Assembly: GCA_018828825.1 (NCBI GenBank)
Contig: JAHJUV010000115.1
Coordinates: forward strand, 1-50,603
Direction: 5' to 3'
Length of the DNA stretch: 50,603 nt
Source of the DNA: Planctomycetota bacterium
GTDB lineage: Bacteria; Planctomycetota; Phycisphaerae; Sedimentisphaerales; UBA12454
Part shown: positions 28,420 to 37,534 of the stretch, piece by piece
Numbering within the stretch: position 1 is the first letter of the stretch
Layout: each line of letters starts with the position of its first letter
Program-made: the position numbers and the translations under genes
The notes under the pieces: generated by a model
Databases searched by the model: none
The model's input: the letters and a program-made list of their open reading frames with translations, nothing else
Told to the model about the DNA's origin: nothing

Positions 28420-28552
28420 TTATTCAAGCTCCGTCTAAACTCTGTCCCTGTCGGTTACACATAAAAACATATAAGCTTGTATCGACATTTGGTTTCTTAT
28501 ACTTCTTAAACTTCTCATCCATACAAAAAGTATCTATACAATCTTTAATAAC

Positions 28553-29656
28553 TTATTTGACAAATTTCAGAATCGTTTCTGACACAAAAGTTTTCATCTC
28601 ATCTGTCAGCTCCGGATATACCGGCAAAGCCAAAACTTCTTTAGCCGCTTTTTCAGATTCAGGAAAATCACCCTTTTTGAACCCAAGATATTTGAAGCAT
28701 TCCTGCAAATGCATCGGAACAGGATAATAAATCTCACAGCCGACATTTTGCTTCTTTAAGTACTCCATTAGGTTATCGCGATGCGACACTTTTATTACAT
28801 ATTGATTATAAATAGTAACACAATCTTTGCTGATAAAAGGGGTCTCGACAACGGTGCCGGAAAATTTCTTATTATAATACTCGGCATTCTTTCTTCTGGC
28901 TTGCGACCATTCATCAAGATAAGGCAACTTAACCAGCAGCGCCGCCGCCTGTATCGGGTCAAGTCGGAAATTGCCGCCAATAAACTTATGATAATACTTC
29001 GGTTCACTGCCGTGATTCCGCATAATATATAGCATATGATATAGCTTCTCGTCGTTCGTAACGACCATTCCCCCGTCGCCGATACCGCCAAGGTTCTTGC
29101 TCGGAAAGAAGCTGAAACAGCCGCACGTCCCTACACTGCCGGCTTTTTTGCCTTTATAGGTACTACTGATGGACTGAGCCGCATCTTCAATCACGTAAAG
29201 GTTGTGCTTGCCGGCTATATCCATAACCGGGTCCATATCTGCCATTTGACCGAACAGATGGACAGGCATTATCGCTTTCGTATTCTTTGTTATCGCCTTC
29301 TCAATCAGCAAAGGATTTATGTTATAAGTCTTCGGGTCGATATCGACAAACACAGGTTTTGCGCCGACCCTCGTAATGCACCCCGCCGTGGCAAAAAATG
29401 TGAAAGGAGTCGTAATCACTTCGTCACCGCTGCCGATATCGAGACTCATAAGACTTGCCAAAAGTGCATCCGTACCGCTCGAAACGCCTACGGCAAATTT
29501 ACAATTGCTGACCGCTGCCACCTGTTTTTCAAGTTCGGCAACTTTTGGTCCGCCTATGCATATCTGACTATCGAGAACTTCCCCGATAGCTTTTAACACA
29601 TCATCTTTAATTTTCGCGTACTGCGCTTTTAAATCCAGCAATGGAACCTGCATCAA
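28553..29656 (-). CDS. wbpE: DegT-family aminotransferase, WbpE-like (UDP-2-acetamido-2-deoxy-3-oxo-glucuronate aminotransferase)
   Basis: N-terminus VPLLDLKAQYAKIKDDV, FSFFPSKNLGGIGDGG PLP region, and position after the wbpB/wbpD homologues. Confidence 0.8.
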   Translation of the reverse strand: MMQVPLLDLKAQYAKIKDDVLKAIGEVLDSQICIGGPKVAELEKQVAAVSNCKFAVGVSSGTDALLASLMSLDIGSGDEVITTPFTFFATAGCITRVGAKPVFVDIDPKTYNINPLLIEKAITKNTKAIMPVHLFGQMADMDPVMDIAGKHNLYVIEDAAQSISSTYKGKKAGSVGTCGCFSFFPSKNLGGIGDGGMVVTNDEKLYHMLYIMRNHGSEPKYYHKFIGGNFRLDPIQAAALLVKLPYLDEWSQARRKNAEYYNKKFSGTVVETPFISKDCVTIYNQYVIKVSHRDNLMEYLKKQNVGCEIYYPVPMHLQECFKYLGFKKGDFPESEKAAKEVLALPVYPELTDEMKTFVSETILKFVK

Positions 29657-29668
29657 AATCTCCGTAAA

Positions 29669-30325
29669 TTATTGTTTATTTCTGAATATCTTATAACTTG
29701 TCTTGCCAACCGACAAATCCGCCGGAAGCGGCTTATCTTCGTCAAGGTTAAGACATTTCAAAACACCTTTTTGAATCTCTTTATATCTGCAGCCGCTTTC
29801 AGGACAAACCATAATGCCGTCTTTGTCCGGTTTGGGCAGTTTTATCCCGTGCCTGCTCATCCAGCCGAGCTGTTTTGCAGGCACACCGGCCATCATTGCA
29901 TAATCAGGCACATCCTTTGTAACAACGGCACCGGCGGCAATAAAACAATATCTACCAAGTTCGATGCCGCAGACTATCGTCGCGTTAGCTCCGATTGTTG
30001 CGCCCCTTTTGATTACTGTTTTCTCATAGACACTGTGGCGGTTTACCTGCGAGCGGGGATTTAAAACATTTGTAAGCACACAACTCGGACCGAGAAAAAC
30101 ATCGTCTTCGATAATCGTCCCGGTATATATTGAAACATTATTTTGAACTTTGACGTTATTACCTATGACAACATCGTTGGCAATGTGAGCGTTCTGACCA
30201 AAAATGCAGTTTTCGCCGATTTCACATTTCATTATATGGCTAAAGTGCCATATCTTCGTTCCTCTACCTATTTGGGCACCATCATCGACAAAACTGCTTG
30301 CGTGTACAAAATAGTCTTTTGTCAT
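29669..30325 (-). CDS. wbpD: Hexapeptide N-acetyltransferase, WbpD/WlbB-like
   Basis: N-terminal VHASSFVDDGAQIGRGTKIWHFSHIM, LbH repeats, and a C-terminal extension with a CPESGCRY element. Operon context. Confidence 0.75.
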   Translation of the reverse strand: MTKDYFVHASSFVDDGAQIGRGTKIWHFSHIMKCEIGENCIFGQNAHIANDVVIGNNVKVQNNVSIYTGTIIEDDVFLGPSCVLTNVLNPRSQVNRHSVYEKTVIKRGATIGANATIVCGIELGRYCFIAAGAVVTKDVPDYAMMAGVPAKQLGWMSRHGIKLPKPDKDGIMVCPESGCRYKEIQKGVLKCLNLDEDKPLPADLSVGKTSYKIFRNKQ

Positions 30326-30333
30326 TATCTGCC

Positions 30334-31287
30334 TTAAAATTTAATCGATTTTAAAATCGGATGATATTCACCTTTTAGACCAATAAGCTCGGTGCTTCGA
30401 ATATCGGAAGCTATTTTTACCGAAGGCATTACGTCTTTTGTGCCAAAACCATCACCCGCAAGTATCTTTTTATAACTCTCCGTATGCAAATCGGTGAAAC
30501 CTCCGGAAAATTCCACTTCCTGCCCATCCACCGTTATGGAACGATAGGTCATCGGCTTGCCTGCCTCCGGCTTTACTGGTAAATCGTCTCTTTCCAGCGA
30601 CAAAAACCAGCGGACCCGTGCCTTTTCAAGTTCCAGAAAACCTGCCGCCCTTTTCGGCTCTCGGATGTGAACTATATTTTTCTTAACATCGCCGAATATC
30701 CAGGCAAGCATATCGAAAAAGTGTATCCCGATATTGGTCGCTATTCCGCCAGACTTTTCCATGTCCCCTTTCCAGGAAACCATATACCAATGCCCACGCG
30801 ATGTTATATATGTCAAGTCCACATCATGTATTTTGTCTTCGCCGGCAGAATCTACTCTCTCCTTCAGCTCTATTATCGCAGGGTGCAGCCGAAGCTGCAA
30901 AATTGTATTTATCTTTCCTTTGCTCTCTCTTTCTATTTCATCAAGACCATCAATATTCCAGGGGTTCAAAACCAGCGGCTTTTCGCATATCACATTGGCT
31001 CCAATTCTCAACGCAAACCTTACATGGGCATCGTGCAGATAATTAGGTGAACATATCGAAACATAATCTACTGCCTGTTTCTTATCGGCTCGCTTGAGCT
31101 TTTCCAGATGCCTGTCGAATCTCTCAAATTCCGTAAAAAAATCTGCGTCCGGAAAATAAGAATCCAATACACCGACAGAATCACTTCTGTCCAGAGCAAC
31201 CACAAGAACGTTGCCTGTATCTTTGATGGCTTTTAAGTGCCGGGGAGCTATATAGCCTGCGGCTCCAATTAATGCAAATCTCTTCAT
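30334..31287 (-). CDS. wbpB: Gfo/Idh/MocA oxidoreductase, WbpB-like (UDP-GlcNAcA 3-dehydrogenase)
   Basis: MKRFALIGAAGYIAPRHLKAIKDTGN N-terminus and EKP motif (ICEKPLVLN). Lies between the wbpA-like and wbpD-like genes. Confidence 0.8.
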   Translation of the reverse strand: MKRFALIGAAGYIAPRHLKAIKDTGNVLVVALDRSDSVGVLDSYFPDADFFTEFERFDRHLEKLKRADKKQAVDYVSICSPNYLHDAHVRFALRIGANVICEKPLVLNPWNIDGLDEIERESKGKINTILQLRLHPAIIELKERVDSAGEDKIHDVDLTYITSRGHWYMVSWKGDMEKSGGIATNIGIHFFDMLAWIFGDVKKNIVHIREPKRAAGFLELEKARVRWFLSLERDDLPVKPEAGKPMTYRSITVDGQEVEFSGGFTDLHTESYKKILAGDGFGTKDVMPSVKIASDIRSTELIGLKGEYHPILKSIKF

Positions 31288-31291
31288 AGTT

Positions 31292-32596
31292 TTACGCCTT
31301 GACTATTTTATTTCGACCTATCCCCACATTTGCCGTTGCATTACGGGTATCAACAACTAATTTCGAGTTTTTGACAATCATCTTATAATCGTAACAACTG
31401 TGATCAGTTGAAATCAAAACAACATCGTATCCTTTAATCATTTTTACATTCAACGGCTTGCTTTTCATTTTCAAATCGTGCTCACGCATTTTATGCGTTT
31501 GCGGAATAAAAGGATCGTTGTAATCGACTGTTGCACCTTTTTTCTTAAGCAGCTCGATTAACGCCAGCGATGGCGATTCTCGAACATCGTCAATATCCTT
31601 TTTGTATGCCAGTCCCAAAACAAGAACTTTAGCTCCATTAAGACTCTTTTTCTTCCCATTCAGAGCATCCATAGTCCTATGTATTACATAGTGCGGCATT
31701 GCGGTATTGATTTCGCCGGCAAGTTCGATAAATTTCGTCGGCATACCAAACTGTCTTGCCCGCCACGTCAGATAAAACGGGTCTATCGGAATGCAATGTC
31801 CGCCGAGCCCAGGCCCAGGATAAAACTTCTGAAAACCGAAAGGCTTCGTACCAGCCGCCTCGATTACTTCCCAAACATCAATTCCCATCCGGTCAAAAAG
31901 CCGTTTCAGTTCATTGACCATCGCGATATTAACGCAGCGATATGTATTCTCCAGAATCTTTGCCGACTCTGCCACATCGCACGATGAAACCGGAACCGTT
32001 TTATCTATCGCATATTTATAAATCTCCAATGCTATTTGAAGGCTCTTTTTATTGTACCCACCGACAACTTTCGGAATCGTCGCCGTCCTGAAACTCTTAT
32101 TGCCCGGGTCTTCTCTTTCAGGTGAAAATGCCAGATAAAAATCCTTCCCCGCTTTCAATCCGCTTTTTTCGAGTATCGGCTTCATTACCTCTCTTGTCGT
32201 TCCGGGATATGTCGTACTTTCCAGAACTACGAGTTGTTCTTTGCGCAGATATTTTGAAATCGTCTTGCACGTAATCACAATATAAGTCATATCTGGTTCA
32301 CGGTTTTCTGTCAGCGGCGTCGGCACACAAATTATCAAAGCATCCGGCTTGCTCATCAGCTTCATATCCGTTGTCGAATTGAATCTGCCGCTCTTAACCA
32401 TTGCGGCAATATCCCCAGAAGGTATGTGCTTGAGCGGGCTTTGACCGGCGTTTATTTTTTTCACATTCTTTTCATTTATATCGAAACCGATTACCTTTGC
32501 TCCGCGAAGGACAAATTCCCTCGCCAGAGGCAGACCTACATATCCCATACCGACAATGCCTACCAGCGGCACTTTTTTCCTGCTCTTCTTTGCCAC
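31292..32596 (-). CDS. wbpA: UDP-N-acetylhexosamine 6-dehydrogenase (WbpA/WecC/TviB-type nucleotide-sugar dehydrogenase)
   Basis: VGIVGMGYVGLPLA Rossmann motif and catalytic GLGGHCIPIDP. Heads the A-B-D-E gene order. Confidence 0.7.
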   Translation of the reverse strand: MAKKSRKKVPLVGIVGMGYVGLPLAREFVLRGAKVIGFDINEKNVKKINAGQSPLKHIPSGDIAAMVKSGRFNSTTDMKLMSKPDALIICVPTPLTENREPDMTYIVITCKTISKYLRKEQLVVLESTTYPGTTREVMKPILEKSGLKAGKDFYLAFSPEREDPGNKSFRTATIPKVVGGYNKKSLQIALEIYKYAIDKTVPVSSCDVAESAKILENTYRCVNIAMVNELKRLFDRMGIDVWEVIEAAGTKPFGFQKFYPGPGLGGHCIPIDPFYLTWRARQFGMPTKFIELAGEINTAMPHYVIHRTMDALNGKKKSLNGAKVLVLGLAYKKDIDDVRESPSLALIELLKKKGATVDYNDPFIPQTHKMREHDLKMKSKPLNVKMIKGYDVVLISTDHSCYDYKMIVKNSKLVVDTRNATANVGIGRNKIVKA

Positions 32597-32613
32597 TCAC
32601 AAACCTTTCGAAA

Positions 32614-33552
32614 TCACAGATTTTCTTTATACCAGTCAATCGCCATTGCTATGCCTTCCTCGAAACTCACAAATGGCTCATAACCTATCAATTCTTTCGC
32701 CTTTTTAACATCCGCAAGCGAATGTTTTATATCACCCGCTCTCGGCGGCGCATATACGGGCTTGATATTCTCTTTGCCGAGAAGTTTTCTTATCGTATTC
32801 ACGACCGTATTTACGGTTACCGCGTTTTTTGTGGAAATATTTACCGCTTCGCCGTGTGCCTCTTTCACATTTGCCGCGAGCCAGTTCGCCTCCATTACAT
32901 TATTGATATATGTAAATCCGCGAGACTGCTGACCATCGTCAAATATTGTCGGTGATTTATCTCTTAAAAGTGCTGAAACAAACAATGGTATCGCCGCGGC
33001 ATACTGACTCGTCGGGTCCTGCCTCGGCCCAAAAACATTATAATACCGCAGGCATACTGATTGCAGTCCGTATGTCTCGTAAAATGCCCTAAAGTAAATT
33101 TCGCCGATAGCCTTGCTCGCTCCGTATGGCGAAATCGGGCAGAGAGACAAATCTTCGTGCTGCGGCAGAACCTTGCACTGACCATAAACCGATGAGCTCG
33201 ACGAAAAAACTATTCGTCTTACTTTGGCGTCCCTAGCCGCAAGCAGAACGTTGAACGTTCCATTAACATTTACATCATGAGTTGTTGCCGGGTCTTTCAT
33301 CGACCTCGGCACAGAACCCAAAGCAGCCAGATGATAAATAACCTCCGCACCCTTGACTGCCTTTTCGACAGTATCTTTATCGCGAATATCACCTTCGACC
33401 AGTTCGATTCTGTCGGCAACTTCCGTAAGGTTTTCCCGTTTGCCAGTCTCGAAATTATCAAGAACGCGAACCTTCTGCCCCTTATCGAGCAGAAACCTCG
33501 CCATATTGCTGCCGATAAATCCTGCTCCGCCTGTAACAAGTGATAAAGCCAT
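32614..33552 (-). CDS. SDR-family NAD-dependent epimerase (WbpP/TviC-like)
   Basis: [23 protein letters not shown] and YYNVFGPRQDP blocks. Confidence 0.8.
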   Translation of the reverse strand: MALSLVTGGAGFIGSNMARFLLDKGQKVRVLDNFETGKRENLTEVADRIELVEGDIRDKDTVEKAVKGAEVIYHLAALGSVPRSMKDPATTHDVNVNGTFNVLLAARDAKVRRIVFSSSSSVYGQCKVLPQHEDLSLCPISPYGASKAIGEIYFRAFYETYGLQSVCLRYYNVFGPRQDPTSQYAAAIPLFVSALLRDKSPTIFDDGQQSRGFTYINNVMEANWLAANVKEAHGEAVNISTKNAVTVNTVVNTIRKLLGKENIKPVYAPPRAGDIKHSLADVKKAKELIGYEPFVSFEEGIAMAIDWYKENL

Positions 33553-33593
33553 CCTATATCAATCCTTTCAATGGTAAAATAAAAGCTGACAGT

Positions 33594-34568
33594 TTACCCA
33601 TTTTGGTCCCGTTTGTCAGTAATAATCTTTTCAAGCATCTGCTCAAGACTGACCTTCGGCTCATAGCCTATCGCCTTATTTATCTTCTCAAGACAGGGCA
33701 GTCGCCTTTGCATATCGTCAAACTCCTGTCCGTAAGCCTTGGAATAAGAGATGAATTGCTTTTTACTGCTGCTGTGTGTTTTCTCGATAATTCTATCGGC
33801 AAGCTCTTCAATACTGATTTCCTCTTCTGAGCCGACGTTAAAAACCTCGCCGTTGGCTTTCTCAAGCTTCATAAGAGCCGCCATCGCCCCAACCGCATCT
33901 GATACGTAAGTAAAACTTCTTGATTGTTTCCCGTTGCCGTAAATCAGTATCGGCTCATTCTTCAGCGCCCAGTCCAAGAATCTTGGCACAACCATACCAT
34001 ACCTGCCCGTCTGCCTCGGCCCTATGGTATTAAAAAGCCTTACGATAACCACAACCAGATTATACTGGCGATGATAAGCCAGTGCCAAAAATTCATCTAT
34101 CGCCTTGCTGCACGCGTATGACCAGCGCGAAAATCTCGTACTCCCCAGAACCGTATCGTCATCCTCATTGAAAGGCACCTGCTCATTTTTCCCATAAACT
34201 TCTGAGGTCGATGTTATCAAAACTTTCTTGCCAAGCTGGTTGGCGACTGAAAGCACTACCTCCGTGCCGTGAATATTGGTCTCGATGGTATGAACAGGTT
34301 TTTCGATTATAAGATTGACCCCAACAGCAGCAGCCAGATGATAAATGCAATCGCACTTTTCAGCCTGTCGGCGCATCAAATCCTCATCGCACACCGTTCC
34401 CTGGATAAATTTAAAATTGCGGTTGGAAAGAAGATGCTGGATATTGGAAAGACTTCCCGTACTCAAATCGTCAACGACAGCTACTCTCTGTCCGCAGTCC
34501 AAAAGATGCTCACACAAATGCGAACCGATAAATCCCGCCCCGCCGGTAACAAGTGCTGTCTTAATCAA
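33594..34568 (-). CDS. SDR-family NAD-dependent epimerase/dehydratase (ArnA C-terminal / UXS-like)
   Basis: [21 protein letters not shown] and YACSK blocks. Confidence 0.8.
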   Translation of the reverse strand: MIKTALVTGGAGFIGSHLCEHLLDCGQRVAVVDDLSTGSLSNIQHLLSNRNFKFIQGTVCDEDLMRRQAEKCDCIYHLAAAVGVNLIIEKPVHTIETNIHGTEVVLSVANQLGKKVLITSTSEVYGKNEQVPFNEDDDTVLGSTRFSRWSYACSKAIDEFLALAYHRQYNLVVVIVRLFNTIGPRQTGRYGMVVPRFLDWALKNEPILIYGNGKQSRSFTYVSDAVGAMAALMKLEKANGEVFNVGSEEEISIEELADRIIEKTHSSSKKQFISYSKAYGQEFDDMQRRLPCLEKINKAIGYEPKVSLEQMLEKIITDKRDQNG

Positions 34569-35015
34569 ATATTCCCTTAATTTTTAAATCCGTAATCTCT
34601 ATTTAGACTCCGTCCCCGTCGGCTCCGCCGAAAGGGAAACAAAAAGTCCTCAAATATACATAAATATCGGCAAAAAAAGAAGATAGCTTTAAATTAGATG
34701 TGCCTTCCTCCATACCGCCTGTGCTCTAAAATTGGCCTCAAATACGCAAATTCTTCAACCTTAAAAAGTGTAAAATCAGAACTCAACGATAAAACTGACA
34801 GATACTACCATAATACAGGCAAACTAACAATATTGTTCGCCTTTATATTAGTTAGTACAAACCCCCTGCATACGCCAAAAAAGGCGATTTTTAACACAAT
34901 TTAAGTTGCGTAATCAGTCAATATTATAACTTTTTCAATAAAATTCCTATTTTCTCCTTGAATTTTAATATTTTTTGTTATAATATCGTAATATTTGATG
35001 ATTATTAAACAAAAA

Positions 35016-35056
35016 GGTGCCAGCGGACTTATCTATGCCTTCTGGTGGGGTTTTTT
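35016..35056. terminator. Weak bidirectional terminator-like hairpin
   Basis: An A5 tract, an imperfect stem (GGTGCCAG...CTGGTGGG; 4 Watson-Crick pairs plus wobble pairs), then a T6 tract, about 190 nt downstream of the hexokinase stop. The stem is poor. Confidence 0.25.
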
Positions 35057-35244
35057 AAAAAATCTTTTTTCAAAGGAACTAATTATAAAATCCAGGTAAC
35101 CTTGACCTTGCCCCCAAAAACTGTACTGGTCGCCAAATTGGCGGTTTACTTCTTTGTAAAGTTATCTTTAGTTCATAAATTTGTTTGGGTTGGCTCGTTT
35201 TTAATTTTTGCACAATTTGTTTTTTTAATTTGAACTTATAACTT

Positions 35245-36552
35245 TTAGTTTGTCAAACCGGCGATAGCTGCGCCAATCAGAGTAGCATTTTCAACACTAA
35301 TAATATCGTGGTAAATCTCAAGTTCGCTTTCAAGATACTGCTTAAGATAAAATTCTACTCTGCTTTTCAGCCCTTTTAGGCTATAAAATGTCGTACCTTC
35401 GGCCACAATGCATATCGGCCTGTCAGGACTTGTATCACAATCAGATTTAATTGCCATTACTGAAAGATTTATCGCAGTCAACTTTGCGGCGCGTTCAATC
35501 AACCGGTCAATTATGTGATATAAAATCCGCACATCTCTTTGCTTTCCTTTTTTGCAGATACCAGCAAGAACATTATCGCCATACGGATGATACATAAAAT
35601 CATTAACCTGTTTTGTGCCAAGCTCTTTTATTTGAAGAACGGCATCGGCGGTATTTTTTGAAAACAAGCCATCCCCACTGGCCGTTTGCACCGTCAAAAG
35701 ACACAACGACCCCAAATAAGCTCCTGATATCATTTTTTCAAATTTCTGGGCGCCGGGATTATTTGTAGATTTGTCAAACAGAACATCCAACTGCCCCATC
35801 TTGCAGCGGTTAAATCCCCCCGATTCGGTATTGATAATTTGACTTCCGGACAAATCAAGGTCGTTTCTCTTTTTAATGTTACTGTTTTTTTCGACATAAC
35901 AGCAGTTGGTTCCTGTGCCGAGAATAAAACCAATATATCCGCTGAATATTCTGTTATTATGCCTGACTCCACCCAAAAGCGAGGCAACGGTATCGTTCAA
36001 AATCACAATACGTTTATTACCGCCGAGACCGATTTTCCCCATCGCAAGATTAAGATTTTGACCGATGATTTGTCCCTGTACATCTTTAATTTTAATCTCT
36101 TTGGAAAAACGAATCAGTTTTCCATCCTTACTGGGAAGAATTTCAGTCGGATACGAAAAACAAAAACCGATTTTCTCAGAAGCCCCTGCAATATCCCTGA
36201 TGTAATCAGCTATAGCCTCAAAAAATTCATCCTTACTGACTTCAGATTGCACACCGGGCATCATATGTTTTTTCAGGTTTTCTATAATAGGCTCTTTTTG
36301 CTTATTAAATCTCACTGTAGCACAGCGAAAATTTGTACCGCCCGCGTCTATCACCACCACCGGCTTATCGGCTGGAATATCCGAAATAACACTGATAAAG
36401 GTCGGTATCATATCGAGCGTGCTTTTTTGCCCCTCAAGACCTCGCTGCATTTCGTCGAGAAATACTTTTACATTTTCTTTTATATCGATGTCTCGATAGT
36501 CCATCCGATATTTTCCAAGGAACTCCGATGCTGTTTTCTTTGCTTTATCCAT
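35245..36552 (-). CDS. Hexokinase-family sugar kinase
   Basis: Hexokinase signature VIDAGGTNFRCATV, FCFSYP, ILNDTVASLLGG and LGTGTNCCY. Start set at MDKAKK (36552), 1 nt after the galE stop. Confidence 0.8.
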   Translation of the reverse strand: MDKAKKTASEFLGKYRMDYRDIDIKENVKVFLDEMQRGLEGQKSTLDMIPTFISVISDIPADKPVVVIDAGGTNFRCATVRFNKQKEPIIENLKKHMMPGVQSEVSKDEFFEAIADYIRDIAGASEKIGFCFSYPTEILPSKDGKLIRFSKEIKIKDVQGQIIGQNLNLAMGKIGLGGNKRIVILNDTVASLLGGVRHNNRIFSGYIGFILGTGTNCCYVEKNSNIKKRNDLDLSGSQIINTESGGFNRCKMGQLDVLFDKSTNNPGAQKFEKMISGAYLGSLCLLTVQTASGDGLFSKNTADAVLQIKELGTKQVNDFMYHPYGDNVLAGICKKGKQRDVRILYHIIDRLIERAAKLTAINLSVMAIKSDCDTSPDRPICIVAEGTTFYSLKGLKSRVEFYLKQYLESELEIYHDIISVENATLIGAAIAGLTN

Positions 36553-36553
36553 A

Positions 36554-37534
36554 TTATTTATACCCTTCAGGATTATCATTATGCCATTGCCAGGCAGTTT
36601 CGACAATTTTTTCAAGTTCGGGATATTTTACTTTCCAGCCAAGCTCTTTTATCGCCCTTGTCGCATCCGCGGTCAAAACCGGCGGGTCTCCCGGCCTTCT
36701 TGGGACTTCGGTAACCTTGAAGTTTTTGCCGGTAACCTTTTTAACGGTTTCGATAACATCTCTAACTGAATAACCTTTGCCGTTGCCGAGGTTATAGACA
36801 AGCTCGTTTTGGTTTTCGAGTTTTTCAAGTGCTAAAAGATGAGCAGAGCACAAATCCTCGATATGGATGTAATCTCTTACGCAGGTCCCGTCCGGCGTCG
36901 GATAATCTGTGCCGAAGATTTTAACATCTTCTCTTTTACCCATTGCCGCGGCTATTACCAAAGGGATAAGATGGGATTCCGGTTTGTGGTCTTCGCCAAG
37001 CGTGCCGTTTGCGCCGGCACCTGCGGCGTTAAAATATCTCAAGGCGGCATATCGGAGTCTAATAGTTTGACTTTGAAAACGGCACATCTGCTCGACCGCC
37101 AGTTTGGTATGGCCGTAAGGATTGATTGGGTTTTTCGGAGCATCCTCGGTTATAGGTGTCTTATCAGGAGCTCCGTAAACAGCCGCCGAGCTCGAAAAGA
37201 CAAATTTTTTAACGCCGCATTTCTCCATCGCGGCCAAAAGCATCTGCGTATTGCAAACGTTGTTACTGTAAAATTCGAGTGGTTTTTTGACCGATTCGCC
37301 CGCCTCGATAAACGCCGCAAAGTGCATTACCGCATCGATTTTATTTTCTTTCAAAACCTTTACAAGAAGGTCCAAATCCGCAAGGTCGCCTTCTATAAAG
37401 TCAAATCCCTTTATGGCCTGTTTATGTCCGTTGCTGAGATTATCGAAGACTATCGGTTTATGCCCCGCCTGGGCGAGCATCGCCGTCATATTACTGCCGA
37501 TATATCCTGCTCCGCCGCAGATGAGAACATTCAT
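36554..37534 (-). CDS. galE: UDP-glucose 4-epimerase
   Basis: MNVLICGGAGYIGSN, SSSAAVYG, YGHTK and RYFNAAGA blocks. Confidence 0.9.
   Translation of the reverse strand: MNVLICGGAGYIGSNMTAMLAQAGHKPIVFDNLSNGHKQAIKGFDFIEGDLADLDLLVKVLKENKIDAVMHFAAFIEAGESVKKPLEFYSNNVCNTQMLLAAMEKCGVKKFVFSSSAAVYGAPDKTPITEDAPKNPINPYGHTKLAVEQMCRFQSQTIRLRYAALRYFNAAGAGANGTLGEDHKPESHLIPLVIAAAMGKREDVKIFGTDYPTPDGTCVRDYIHIEDLCSAHLLALEKLENQNELVYNLGNGKGYSVRDVIETVKKVTGKNFKVTEVPRRPGDPPVLTADATRAIKELGWKVKYPELEKIVETAWQWHNDNPEGYK

Noticed and set aside
34698-35233. Two small plus-strand ORFs (68 aa and 62 aa) in the large intergenic gap.
   Set aside because: They have no ribosome-binding site and no recognisable motifs. Their composition matches that of AT-rich non-coding DNA.
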